A stretch of 64,000 nt of DNA from a virus, in the IMG/VR virus record IMGVR_UViG_3300008267_000265, positions 1-64,000 of that record; one strand, given 5' to 3'. Shown one piece after another: positions 31,535 through 41,533 of this stretch (the first letter of the stretch is position 1; the number at the start of each line of letters is the position of its first letter). The notes beneath the pieces were generated by a model. That model saw only the letters and a list, made by a program, of their open reading frames with translations, made no database searches and was not told the DNA's origin. The translations under genes and the position numbers were made by a program.

Positions 31535-32164
31535 TTATTTTAAACAACAGACTCCTGACTGGGTACAGATGATGTCTGAGATTAATCTGTCAATCCCTGC
31601 ACGTCTATTGTTGTTTATTTGTGGATTATAGCTTTCATTTAAGCCTCCTACTGGTTTTACATATGCTCCATAAGTTGATGGAGTGGATACGAAATCCCAG
31701 CAAATTAATTCCAAATCCTCCTCAACTTGAACAAGACCTTCACCAATTGGTGTTACAGATCCCATTGCTCTTGATGATACACCAACATTAATTCCTGCTA
31801 GGAATAATTCTTTTAATATGTTTCCAGATGGAGTGTCTAAGATTTCAAATTCACCAAACAATTCTTTTCCTTCCCACCACAGTCTTGTAATATTGTGACA
31901 AACGTTCTTTAAGTTGATCACAGAGGTTTCTGGGTGATCTAATTCACCTAGAGCTCTTTTTTCTTTAACCGGACCTTCCATGTAGAGTTCTACTTGTTTG
32001 TGGAGCGTTGGATAGCTGTAGATACGTTTATTTGCATTAGGCATGTCCGCTGCCTGCACCTTACCGGATACTAAGAAAGGAGCTCTTGGATTCACTCTAG
32101 CTTCATGCAACTGCTTAGGCAGTGGCTTGAAGGTCATGTATTCTATTAAGACTTCTTTGCTCAT
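31535..32164 (-). CDS. gp21: Prohead core protease (T4 gp21-like)
   Basis: NANKRIY, ALGELDHP, GVSSRAMGS, WDFVSTPS. Confidence 0.95.
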   Translation of the reverse strand: MSKEVLIEYMTFKPLPKQLHEARVNPRAPFLVSGKVQAADMPNANKRIYSYPTLHKQVELYMEGPVKEKRALGELDHPETSVINLKNVCHNITRLWWEGKELFGEFEILDTPSGNILKELFLAGINVGVSSRAMGSVTPIGEGLVQVEEDLELICWDFVSTPSTYGAYVKPVGGLNESYNPQINNNRRAGIDRLISDIICTQSGVCCLK

Positions 32165-32165
32165 G

Positions 32166-33905
32166 TTATACTTGAGTTTCTTCTCCTGTTTTAGTGTTTA
32201 TTACCTTAAGTCGATCCTTTGTTGTTGCTGTTATCTGCTTACCTTTTTTTATAGCATCTGCTACAGTTGGTCCTGAGTAGATTGGTGTCGATTGTGTTGT
32301 AGTATTTCCAACTTGACCTGTTGCAAGAATAGCTCCTTCCTCTACTTCCTTTTTAACAAACTTCATCAACTTCTCTTTGATAGCTTTTAGCTTATCTTCT
32401 CTGCTCATCTCTTCTTTCTGTGCAAGAGGTGGTGCATTCTTTATGAAATCAGATTGATAGTTAGGTAGCTTTGGTCTTGGAGCTGCGTCTGAGTGTTTTA
32501 AGAAATTTGGTTGAAAATCTCTTTCTTCACCTGTCGTATCTAATTTAACAGTGGCTGTATGTCCATCGAATTTAGTTATCTCTCCTGCAAACCTTCCGTC
32601 ATTAGTCTCCACTCTATGTCCGGTTTGGAATTGTTTTTTTATTGGGTTTTCCACTGTCAAATCTTCCATGATATGCTCTTTGAGAGCTAGTACTTTTTCT
32701 TTGCCAGGAACTTCCATTACTTGAGCAATTCCTTTAGATTTTTTTGGAGTTTGAGTCATGTGCTTAAGTCCTTCTCCGTTTTTGCTTTTAGCTCTTTCTT
32801 TCTTTCCTAAATTATCTTGAACATTTCCTTTTGCATCTTTTTCAACAACTTTCATTCCGTTTGCCTTATCAACCATGTTATCTTTTTTAACTGGTTGCAT
32901 TCTAAGGTCTTTATCTTTCTTCTCGATATCCTTAACGTTGGCAATTACTAAGTCTCTGTAGGCGTTAGGATCTTTTACAAGATTCTTAACAGCTTTTTGC
33001 TTAGCTTTTACCAATGCCTCATCTGTAATCTCTCCCATCTTAGAAAGCTCGTATTGTAGACCTTTCATTAGTTGGTTGTAGTTTACATGATCAGCTCCTG
33101 GAAATACATCGTATTCTGCTTTGCCAGTTACCTCTTTATATTTTCCTTCTGATTTTTTAACTGCTTCGTTTAGGGATCCTTGTAGAGATTGGTTAAGTGC
33201 CGTTATGTAATCCGATGGCCAATCTTCGTCAGCAAGGCCGTATGTTAAGTTTTTAACAACTACTTGTTCCATTTTAGCATCAATCATCATATTAAAAGCG
33301 TGATTAAGTGCAGCGTGTTCAAATTCTTTGTAGCCTTCGCTCTTTTTCTGTTTTAATTCTTTGCCATGCTTCTTTGCTACTGCTTTAGCTAGGATTTCCG
33401 GATTGCGGAAAGTTTGGTTTGGAGTTGATCCCGGTACTGCTTCGTTAAATCTATCTGCACTTACTTCTGGATCAGCACCTGGATTGCTTGGATCGTGATG
33501 GCTTTGTTTTGATGCCATTTGCGACACCATTTCACTTTCAGCTCTTTTCACAATCTCGCTAGCATCTCCCATAAACGCTCTAGCAGCAAACGGTGATTGC
33601 ATCATTCCATACATATCAACTAATCCATGATCTCCTAAATATCTCATAGCTGCTTCCGCCTCTTCTTTCTTTTCAGGTGATAGGTTTGCTGCTTGGATAT
33701 CCTGCTTAAAGGTATCTAACCATTGAGTGTTCCCTTCGTGGCTTTCATTCAAAATCCTCTTACTCTTCAAGATATTCACGGCATCGTTAAACGAGTTACC
33801 AGAGGAAATCCACTGAGGGAAGTCTCTGCGTATGTTTACCATGAAATTGGTTTTTGACATTTTACCTTCTAAGAGGTCTTGGTACTGTGCTTGTATGTTC
33901 TTCAT
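32166..33905 (-). CDS. Large charged, modular putative internal head protein
   Basis: 579 aa; modules separated by LNE/FNE/LKE; an SH3/KOW-like segment. Confidence 0.6.
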   Translation of the reverse strand: MKNIQAQYQDLLEGKMSKTNFMVNIRRDFPQWISSGNSFNDAVNILKSKRILNESHEGNTQWLDTFKQDIQAANLSPEKKEEAEAAMRYLGDHGLVDMYGMMQSPFAARAFMGDASEIVKRAESEMVSQMASKQSHHDPSNPGADPEVSADRFNEAVPGSTPNQTFRNPEILAKAVAKKHGKELKQKKSEGYKEFEHAALNHAFNMMIDAKMEQVVVKNLTYGLADEDWPSDYITALNQSLQGSLNEAVKKSEGKYKEVTGKAEYDVFPGADHVNYNQLMKGLQYELSKMGEITDEALVKAKQKAVKNLVKDPNAYRDLVIANVKDIEKKDKDLRMQPVKKDNMVDKANGMKVVEKDAKGNVQDNLGKKERAKSKNGEGLKHMTQTPKKSKGIAQVMEVPGKEKVLALKEHIMEDLTVENPIKKQFQTGHRVETNDGRFAGEITKFDGHTATVKLDTTGEERDFQPNFLKHSDAAPRPKLPNYQSDFIKNAPPLAQKEEMSREDKLKAIKEKLMKFVKKEVEEGAILATGQVGNTTTQSTPIYSGPTVADAIKKGKQITATTKDRLKVINTKTGEETQV

Positions 33906-33919
33906 ACTTATAAATAGTT

Positions 33920-34051
33920 TTAGCGACCTTGGCCGCGGTATGTTTTCTCTGTTCTATTGTGCTTATTTCTTGACTTTGCTGCCTTACCTGACTTTCTTTT
34001 TCCGAAAGTGATTTTTGTGGCTGATCCTGCTGATGATTTTGTCTTTGCCAT
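33920..34051 (-). CDS. Small basic protein ending YRGQGR (not in ORF track)
   Basis: MAKTKSSAGSATKITFGKRKSGKAAKSRNKHNRTEKTYRGQGR*, 43 aa; fills the intergenic gap. Confidence 0.7.
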   Translation of the reverse strand: MAKTKSSAGSATKITFGKRKSGKAAKSRNKHNRTEKTYRGQGR

Positions 34052-34059
34052 TTTATAAA

Positions 34060-34680
34060 CTAGATTGCGTATTTTTTAAGATAGTTTTGTATTTTACTTG
34101 GTACAGTTGCGTTATCAGTACCCAAATCTACGTAGCCTCCTCCTTTGAGAATACCTTCCACACTTTGTGTTCGTCCTGAAGAATCTTTTTTGTTTCTAGC
34201 TGTAACTCTCTTAGTTGCTGGAAAGAATACTAGTTCGTAGTTGATTTGTCTTGATCCATTCTGTGTAAAGCCCTGCACGTCAAATTCAATGCGGTTAAAC
34301 TTAGGGTCATTCTTGTCTGGGGTTATAACTAATCCTCCAATAGCTTCACCGTCCGTAAGTGCGTCTCCTTGAGAGCCACTCCCATCATCTTCGTACATAC
34401 GACCAAACGGCTCATCTCCACCAAAATCATCATCTCCCATTTCAAAATCACCTGTTAAATCTTCTCCGTAGATGCTATTTACAATCATTTTAGCTTTGAT
34501 TGGATCGATACCGGATACTTCTAATTCTTCAGCTGCATCTTCTGCAGTTGCTCCATCCAACTTTGCTTGTCTAGCTATTTTATGAGCTGTTGAATCCATT
34601 CCTTCTTTTACTACAGCCTTACTGTAAGCTCCTAATTTATTTTCCATTAGGAATTTCTTAAAATCAAAATTGTCTGCCAT
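34060..34680 (-). CDS. Putative internal head protein
   Basis: Leader MADNFDFKKFLMENKL. Confidence 0.55.
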   Translation of the reverse strand: MADNFDFKKFLMENKLGAYSKAVVKEGMDSTAHKIARQAKLDGATAEDAAEELEVSGIDPIKAKMIVNSIYGEDLTGDFEMGDDDFGGDEPFGRMYEDDGSGSQGDALTDGEAIGGLVITPDKNDPKFNRIEFDVQGFTQNGSRQINYELVFFPATKRVTARNKKDSSGRTQSVEGILKGGGYVDLGTDNATVPSKIQNYLKKYAI

Positions 34681-35750
34681 TAGTTTAAGTGTTTTAGTTT
34701 TTTATATGCTTCTGCTATTTTTGTTTTTAGTTTATCCATTGATTTAGCTGTACGAGCCTTTACTTCTAACGTTTCTTCTCCTTCTGATAATTCCTCTTTC
34801 ATTCTGGTTGTAAACTCTAGTATTCTATTTACTTCGTCTAGCTTTTTATTTACAGCTTTGATTGCTTCGTGGTATTGATCCTGCTTTGGACGTATTTTTG
34901 TTTCTTTTTTGAAGCGGTTGTAGTTTTCTTGAATGCCTGCTTTTGCTGCTGCGTCTACTACATCACTATATGTATGTGGTGCTAAATCCATTTCAAGAGC
35001 GTATTTAATTTTCTCATACACAGATTCATTCTTTTCTTTTATCTTACTAAGTAGCTGTAGTATTTTTTTGTAGTCTGGTTTATACCAAGTTTCTTCCAGT
35101 TCCTCGCTCATTGCAGTTGGTTTCGTATCCCACAAATCATCTACATCAATGCTTTTTAATTTTGGATGACCCTCTGTTTTCTTAAATCCGTCTTGTGTAT
35201 ATGTGCTGATATCTGCTTTGCCTGCTGCAAGCATTGGAGCGTCCTCGTTAACTGACTTGATTTCTTCGCCTTTATTTAGTATGTTAGTTGCTTTTGTTAA
35301 GCCGGTACCTTTGTTATAGGATACGTTGTAATTCCACCTACCCATCATATCTTTCTCAACTTTTGTAATTACTGCAGGATGTCCGAGATACGCCACTTTC
35401 TGACCTACTTTAAACATGGGGCTATCACTACCTTCTTCCATCTTTTTTCTGCCCGTCATCTGCTCACCATTATTTGTTCCACTTGACCAGCTTGCTCCGT
35501 TTGTTACTCCGCCACCTGTAGTTGATCCAACACCCATTCCATCCTCACTTAATCCAGTTGTTGCTTTGCAGATTTCAATAGCTTTTTCAAAATCAATTAC
35601 ATGATCTGCTGCTGCTTTTGCTAACATGGTAGCAGCATCTTTATTAGCTCCACAGTATCTTACAAGATAATCTACCATCTTCTGGCGGAAGGCTTCTTTG
35701 TCTGCATCGAACTCCTCCAATAAAAACTGCGTTGCAAATTGATTATTCAT
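34680..35750 (-). CDS. Modular putative internal head protein
   Basis: Several L/M/V-x-E junctions, an SH3-like module and a C-terminal coiled coil. Confidence 0.55.
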   Translation of the reverse strand: MNNQFATQFLLEEFDADKEAFRQKMVDYLVRYCGANKDAATMLAKAAADHVIDFEKAIEICKATTGLSEDGMGVGSTTGGGVTNGASWSSGTNNGEQMTGRKKMEEGSDSPMFKVGQKVAYLGHPAVITKVEKDMMGRWNYNVSYNKGTGLTKATNILNKGEEIKSVNEDAPMLAAGKADISTYTQDGFKKTEGHPKLKSIDVDDLWDTKPTAMSEELEETWYKPDYKKILQLLSKIKEKNESVYEKIKYALEMDLAPHTYSDVVDAAAKAGIQENYNRFKKETKIRPKQDQYHEAIKAVNKKLDEVNRILEFTTRMKEELSEGEETLEVKARTAKSMDKLKTKIAEAYKKLKHLN

Positions 35751-36601
35751 TATTTGATGGCTTTAAGCTCATTTACTAATTGATAGTACTGCATAAGACC
35801 GATCAAAACTTCATCTTTTATAGATTCGTTAGGACCGATTGGCTTTACGAAGTTTAGTACTTCGTTTAATTTTATCTGTAGTACTTTGTCTTGTGCTTTA
35901 TCTTTCAAGCTACTTAGCTCTACTTTTACTTCAATTAGTTTTGTATTCAGATAGCTTCTTAGTTGCTTTGTATCTGATATATTGTTGATGTACTCTTTTA
36001 GTAGGTCCTTCTGCTCTGCAGATAGGGTTGAGTATTTATCGTTAAACTTTTCTACTAATATTTTGTAAGCCAGTACTCTGATTTCTTTATCCTCTTTCAT
36101 GAACTCCTCAACAACTTTAGATGCTACTTTTCTTTCGGTGAGAGTTTCTTTTGTGATATGTTCTAGGAGGGTTAGTTTGTTTGTTACAATCTGCTTTGTG
36201 TCTGTTGCACTTCTAGCAATTGTTGCTTCAATTAGAGTGTATACTGATGCGTAAACTTTGTAAGCGTCGATCTTTGCTTTGAAGAAATTGTCGAGGTCGT
36301 AGTTCTTTTTAACCTCTTTTATTAGATTATACTTCTCTTTATCTAGCTTTTCTCTATCAAGTTTCTTTGCTTGCTCTGTAATCGTTGATATTAAAATATC
36401 AGCTTTAGTTTCGTTTAATTTCGGAGCGTTTAATACTGTGTTGTACAAGTCGTACTCCTTACTGAGTTCGGTATTTGTAAAGTATTTCTTGAAGATTTTT
36501 ACGGCTACTGGGTTCTTGTTTGACATTAGATCCGAGGTTGCTTGCCTCACTAATAATTCAAATAATATTCCAGTATTTTTGTATTTGCTGTGCTTTATCA
36601 T
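35750..36601 (-). CDS. Conserved head-module protein next to portal
   Basis: KHSKYKNTGILFELLVRQ...FNDKYSTL; helical. Confidence 0.65.
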   Translation of the reverse strand: MIKHSKYKNTGILFELLVRQATSDLMSNKNPVAVKIFKKYFTNTELSKEYDLYNTVLNAPKLNETKADILISTITEQAKKLDREKLDKEKYNLIKEVKKNYDLDNFFKAKIDAYKVYASVYTLIEATIARSATDTKQIVTNKLTLLEHITKETLTERKVASKVVEEFMKEDKEIRVLAYKILVEKFNDKYSTLSAEQKDLLKEYINNISDTKQLRSYLNTKLIEVKVELSSLKDKAQDKVLQIKLNEVLNFVKPIGPNESIKDEVLIGLMQYYQLVNELKAIK

Positions 36602-36633
36602 TGCGTTTTAGCTTACTTATAAATATCTGTGTA

Positions 36634-38580
36634 TTAGGTTAAATCGGGTTTTATTTGGTTCTCATTGAGCAGATCGCTCTCCTTGTACAAGTCCACACGT
36701 CTTTTACCGAATGCCTCTAAAGCACTTTTGTTTCTTAGGTAAGCCGCAACCGTGTTATTACTGTGTTCTTTGTTCTCTTTCAGTGATAATGGTGAGTTTC
36801 CTTTGTACTTGACCTTTAAGTTGTCCTCTCCTGTGGTTGGTTTTGACTTCAAGTCATAAACACCCATTCTGTCACGTCCTAATGGATCCTCTGATGTGTT
36901 GATAAGTGATACTTTATCTTCAGGTCTGCCTGGCAATTTAACTGGTTCGTTAGGATTAATCTCGTCGTATCCCTGCGGAACCTCTGTATTGGCTAGGTTA
37001 GTGTTGCCGTATCCACCGTACATAGACGCAATCTGATGCGGTGTACCGAATGCTTGGCCTGATTGAGCTGGATCATTACCCTCTTCTTCGATTTGTTTGA
37101 ACCTAAATGCTCTCTTTTTGTCTTCTGCAACAAGGTCTCTGTACTCATCAAACTCTTCCTCAGAGAAGTGGAACAGTTTATCGTAGATCCAGTCAGTAGG
37201 TAACAAGCTAGTTTCCATCATTTGAGCTGCTAAATCCATCTTTTCCTTCATTAATGCCACTCTTTCTTGTTCGTAAATGATGGATGGAGTTGTTAAACTT
37301 AGATCGAAATTAGTTAACGACTCGTCTGTATAACCCTGTGCGTACAAGTGAACTAGTGCTATCTTAGTCAATTCACTAAGAACAATGCGCTGAAGTCTCT
37401 CGATTGTACGGGCAAAACGGATATCTTCAGCTGCTAATGTCGCTTTACCGGTCAAGTCTTTCTCATATCCTAAGAACGCTTTTGGTATTTTAAGAGCTGC
37501 GAATAGCTTGTTTAGTAGATAGTTGATGTCCTCTATACCGTTGTAATCCAACGCTTTAGCTGTGTCAATTCTCGTTGATGTATCGTTACCGCGCACAGGG
37601 ATGAAGAAATCTTCCATCATATTCTGCACGTTAAAGTTGAGATTGTACTGTCCCGTTTTCTGATCAACAAGTGGTGTTTTCTTCATCTTGTTAATCATTC
37701 TTTGCATGTAGTTTTCTACTTCATTTGGCGGAATAGCGCCAACGTTTACATAGAATATTCTACGCTCTGGGGCACGTGTGATACGGTGAATTAACATCGC
37801 ATCTTCCATCAAAACGTACTGCTTATACAATCTACGTCCTGGCTCCAAATAAGATCTACCGTATGGCAAATAATTTATATCTCCAATCAATCTTAGGTGT
37901 GCCATTTCATAGTTATAGAAGGTAATACCTAAGTCAGTATTTTGATATGAGGTTGAGTATCCCGCAGTTGCACCTAAGGCAGCTGTCGGATCGTACTTGT
38001 AAATTACTTCAGATGGATTACTTGGGTTGGTTCCTTCTAAGCGCACAATATTATATGCCGAGAAAGGAATTACATTATAGACACCAAACTTTTCTGCGAT
38101 CTCTAATTTCAAGAAGAAATCGCCGTATTTACACATATTCCTAATCCAGAACCACAAATTGAATTCAATATTCAATACATCGTAGAATAAACTACGAAGG
38201 ATATGCTGTATGTTTTCGTCTGCTGATCTAATTTGTAATACATCTCCAGTTGCATTCTTTAATGTACACTCATCTGCAATAATATCCAAAGCGGATGCTA
38301 CGATTGGATCTGTATCCATTGCTTCGTAGTCTGCGTAAATTTGAACACGTACATTCTGGTAATTCTGAGCGAGATTAAGGTTTACACCGTAGGAAGTTGA
38401 TGTCGTGTAAATACGATTAAAACGGTCAATAAGTGCATTCGTTTGAAGCACACCATCGACCTGAATCTTTTCGACATCTACTGTCTTTAAATCTCCACCA
38501 TCGTTACGTATAATAACGTCCGTGGAAAATAGCCTTTTTAAGGTTGAAAACAGATTTCTCTGCGGTTGTTGTTCTGCCAT
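36634..38580 (-). CDS. gp20: Portal protein (T4 gp20-like)
   Basis: LMEDAMLIHRITRAPERRIFYVNVG, MMEDFFIP, LFAALKIPK. Confidence 0.95.
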   Translation of the reverse strand: MAEQQPQRNLFSTLKRLFSTDVIIRNDGGDLKTVDVEKIQVDGVLQTNALIDRFNRIYTTSTSYGVNLNLAQNYQNVRVQIYADYEAMDTDPIVASALDIIADECTLKNATGDVLQIRSADENIQHILRSLFYDVLNIEFNLWFWIRNMCKYGDFFLKLEIAEKFGVYNVIPFSAYNIVRLEGTNPSNPSEVIYKYDPTAALGATAGYSTSYQNTDLGITFYNYEMAHLRLIGDINYLPYGRSYLEPGRRLYKQYVLMEDAMLIHRITRAPERRIFYVNVGAIPPNEVENYMQRMINKMKKTPLVDQKTGQYNLNFNVQNMMEDFFIPVRGNDTSTRIDTAKALDYNGIEDINYLLNKLFAALKIPKAFLGYEKDLTGKATLAAEDIRFARTIERLQRIVLSELTKIALVHLYAQGYTDESLTNFDLSLTTPSIIYEQERVALMKEKMDLAAQMMETSLLPTDWIYDKLFHFSEEEFDEYRDLVAEDKKRAFRFKQIEEEGNDPAQSGQAFGTPHQIASMYGGYGNTNLANTEVPQGYDEINPNEPVKLPGRPEDKVSLINTSEDPLGRDRMGVYDLKSKPTTGEDNLKVKYKGNSPLSLKENKEHSNNTVAAYLRNKSALEAFGKRRVDLYKESDLLNENQIKPDLT

Positions 38581-38605
38581 ATTTTATAAATATCTTTTGT
38601 CTGTA

Positions 38606-40081
38606 TTATCCCAGCAGCCAGGTTATATCTGTTTGTTCGTTGCCAGCCTGCATTGTCCATGGGTTATTTTGAGTGTTGGACGTTGGTGTATAAACTTGGA
38701 ATCCGTCAGTTGTTCTTGTAAAGCTATTGAGGCTTGCGTAGGTTAAATCCATTGCTGTTCGTCTGAATCTCAATGCTGTATCTCGTAAAAATAATCCAAC
38801 ACATCCTGGCATCACAAGGTCATCGTTGTAGCCATTCATTGCTTGTGCTCTACCGTTCTTCCAGATGAATACTCTCAGCTCATCTAAGAATCTTTGTGAT
38901 CTTATTACTACTGTTTTTTCTTCTATGAAGGATCTTGCTTTTTCAATTACAAGTGGTCTCGTTTTTTGGTTCATTGAGAAGCCTGGAACCATTCCGTCTC
39001 CTCTATCAAACTTGGCAACGTATAAATCTATCTGTGTGCCAACTACTTCTGATTTAGGAGAGTAGTATAGGTTTGCATAGCCAGCTTCTTGAATTGTTGT
39101 TACAACATCCCATCCAATACTTGCATTCTCCACGACTAGCATTGCGTTATTCCAATCGGTTGCAACTGATATTAGCTTGCGTGCAAAGTCTTTGGTTGGT
39201 ATTTGATCTTTAAACTCTGCTACTTGCTCTAATTCATCTACATCAAATACGTGGAAGGTTGAGAAGTCTTTTCCGTCTCCACGGGCAACGTCAGCTACAA
39301 CCATATAGGTCTTCATTGAGTCCGGATACTTCCATATCCAGTAGTTGCCACCTTGATCTCTTCTTTCAACTGGCTCTCTTACTGTGTTCTCTTGGTAGTA
39401 GTTTAGTGTATTCGGTTCAATTACAGTATCACCGGATGTACTGAAGTCACAATCACATTCCTGCGCAGCTGCTCTCGGTCCTAGTTGAGCTGTTTGCTCG
39501 TCTCTCCATGATTGCTCTCTTTCTGGATGTACTGTCCACGGTAAGCTAATTGGAGTAAATTTATTCTCTCCAACTTGAGCTCTTGTGAACTCTTTATGGA
39601 ACCAGTTACCAACACCGTTAGGAGTTGATAGTGCAATACATCTACCACCCGTTGCAAGTGTTTGTTGTGCAGCTGTAAAGATGTCTTCAATACGATCAAT
39701 GAACGCAGCCTCATCTATTACAAGTAGTGATACCGCTTCCGAACGAGCTGAGTCAGTTGCTGCTGATACTGCTTTGATTTGCGATCCGTTCTTAAGTCTT
39801 AAACTAAGACGGTTATGTTCCATCACCGGTAGCTTCATCCAGGTAGGTAGATTGTCGTATGCAAATCTAACCTTTGTTACCATATTCTTTGCAGTTGCTT
39901 GCGTTGTCGCAAGTACAAGAATATTCTTATCCTGTTCAAAGAGCATCATCCAAAGAGCAAATGCAGAGCTCAGCGTTGATATACCGAGCTGTCTTGATTT
40001 GTTTATGATCGTGTAATCGTATCTCTGTAGTAGTTTTAACGTCTTTTTTATTGCGTCGTTTATGCTTAGTTGGGAAGCCAT
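38606..40081 (-). CDS. terL: Terminase large subunit (T4 gp17-like), N-terminus appears truncated
   Basis: KSRQLGIST Walker A, LLVIDEAAFI Walker B, STPNG, ADVARGDGKDFS, YNDDLVM. Confidence 0.95.
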   Translation of the reverse strand: MASQLSINDAIKKTLKLLQRYDYTIINKSRQLGISTLSSAFALWMMLFEQDKNILVLATTQATAKNMVTKVRFAYDNLPTWMKLPVMEHNRLSLRLKNGSQIKAVSAATDSARSEAVSLLVIDEAAFIDRIEDIFTAAQQTLATGGRCIALSTPNGVGNWFHKEFTRAQVGENKFTPISLPWTVHPEREQSWRDEQTAQLGPRAAAQECDCDFSTSGDTVIEPNTLNYYQENTVREPVERRDQGGNYWIWKYPDSMKTYMVVADVARGDGKDFSTFHVFDVDELEQVAEFKDQIPTKDFARKLISVATDWNNAMLVVENASIGWDVVTTIQEAGYANLYYSPKSEVVGTQIDLYVAKFDRGDGMVPGFSMNQKTRPLVIEKARSFIEEKTVVIRSQRFLDELRVFIWKNGRAQAMNGYNDDLVMPGCVGLFLRDTALRFRRTAMDLTYASLNSFTRTTDGFQVYTPTSNTQNNPWTMQAGNEQTDITWLLG

Positions 40082-40127
40082 TTATTTAGGTTATAACCTA
40101 CGAGTGTTTATTAATAAATAGCTAGAA

Positions 40128-40376
40128 TTAGAAGTCAAAGTTTGTTGGCTCCACTGCTGCAAACATCTTATCCTGTGCTACAAGCGCTAACCAGTCGTTT
40201 TTGCTGTACTTAATTCCGTTTACATAATACTCAGGTTGCAACCCTTCTGATTCTGGGTAGGTTATAGCCGGTCCTTCCAAGGAATGTGGCTTTGCATTTT
40301 CTCCAACCCTTTGTGTATAGGTAATTGTTTTACCGCATACAGTTGTCATTGTTTTGTTAATAATTGCTGCTCTCAT
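40128..40376 (-). CDS. Small protein with HS.EGPA...EYYVNG (MORN-variant-like) motif
   Basis: 82 aa ORF with its own sigma70-like promoter. Confidence 0.55.
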   Translation of the reverse strand: MRAAIINKTMTTVCGKTITYTQRVGENAKPHSLEGPAITYPESEGLQPEYYVNGIKYSKNDWLALVAQDKMFAAVEPTNFDF

Positions 40377-40396
40377 ATCGATTTGTTTATACTAAT

Positions 40397-40425
40397 AATA
40401 TAGTTCCTTTTATTGGTATTTCCAA
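40397..40425 (-). promoter_or_regulatory. Sigma70-like promoter TTGGAA-N17-TATATT
   Basis: 17-nt spacing; resembles the site upstream of primase. Confidence 0.5.
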
Positions 40426-40435
40426 CAATAAAATA

Positions 40436-40462
40436 AGAAAACCCAAGCTTACAGGCTTGGGC
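40436..40462 (-). terminator. Intrinsic terminator
   Basis: CCCAAGC/GCTTGGG stem plus T-rich tail. Confidence 0.7.
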
Positions 40463-40511
40463 TTGCACCTATGGTCTAGATAGGCTGTCCTAGGGTAGCA
40501 GGACGATTATT

Positions 40512-40979
40512 TTATGATTCAGTCTCACCTGCTGTTTCTTCTGCTGGTGTTGGTTCTTCTTCTGCTGCTTCTGGTTCAGATGTTTGCTCTTCTCCTTCTG
40601 GTCCTTTTGTTGTGATTGGGTTACCCAATGCAAGCAGTCTTGCTATTGCATTTATACACCTCTCTTTCTCACCGATTGTACGAAGATAAAACTTCTTACC
40701 AGCCACTGTTGCTTCGTATGCTTTTTCTAAGAAAGTTAGTAGATATTCTTGGTCGTTGTGTAAAGCAATTTTGAAAGTTGTTGGCTTTGGTGCAATGATG
40801 TAGATACCCGTAACGTAATCTTTGAAGGCTGGTGTCATCAACATCTCTAATGTGTGGTTGAGAGTTGGATACTTTTTAAGAATAAAAGCGATTGGATTAT
40901 CCTCAAATGATTGTACATTCGGTTCCATCCTCTCCACTTCATTCAATATCAGTCTTCTTATAATTGCTTTATTGTTCAT
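40512..40979 (-). CDS. Conserved hypothetical, putative internal head protein
   Basis: Start placed at MNNKAIIRRLILNE; acidic tail. Confidence 0.6.
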   Translation of the reverse strand: MNNKAIIRRLILNEVERMEPNVQSFEDNPIAFILKKYPTLNHTLEMLMTPAFKDYVTGIYIIAPKPTTFKIALHNDQEYLLTFLEKAYEATVAGKKFYLRTIGEKERCINAIARLLALGNPITTKGPEGEEQTSEPEAAEEEPTPAEETAGETES

Positions 40980-40980
40980 A

Positions 40981-41511
40981 TTAATATCCTTTTTCTTGAG
41001 CTCTGCGTTTAGAATAATCTGAAGCATACTCCTTTTCGTCATCTTCTATTTCAGAGTCGTATCCTACCTCATCAATAAACTCTTGTAGTTCTCCTAGTGC
41101 CTGCAGCAGTCCTTGTTTATCTGCTGTAGAAATATTTGAATTGGTTGAGATATTTCTCATTAAGTTACGGACGGTGGTGTCAGCGGCCTGTACTTTTTTT
41201 AAATCCACAGATTCAGCTACCACAGCAAATCCCGGTGTTGGTTGCTGCATTGCTCCCATTTCGTGTTGCTTTCCAATCATATACTCAGCTACTGAGTGCA
41301 TATAGTCAGCTGCTAAACTAATGTATGCTGAAACCCATCCTGGAAGTTCATCTCCTGGTTGGATGATGTTTTGTAGTTTTGATGCGTTTGAGATCATATC
41401 TCTCAATTCGCTGTCAGCCATTGAAGCTTCGTGATCGTGTCCGTGAGTGTAATCGGTGCCTTGTCTTTCGCAGTCTCCGCACTCGTTTAGTAAGTTAGCT
41501 AATCTGATCAT
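40981..41511 (-). CDS. Putative internal head protein
   Basis: Start MIRLANLLNE; DHEASMA...LPGWV module. Confidence 0.6.
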   Translation of the reverse strand: MIRLANLLNECGDCERQGTDYTHGHDHEASMADSELRDMISNASKLQNIIQPGDELPGWVSAYISLAADYMHSVAEYMIGKQHEMGAMQQPTPGFAVVAESVDLKKVQAADTTVRNLMRNISTNSNISTADKQGLLQALGELQEFIDEVGYDSEIEDDEKEYASDYSKRRAQEKGY

Positions 41512-41533
41512 TACTGTGTTTTTAATAAATAGT

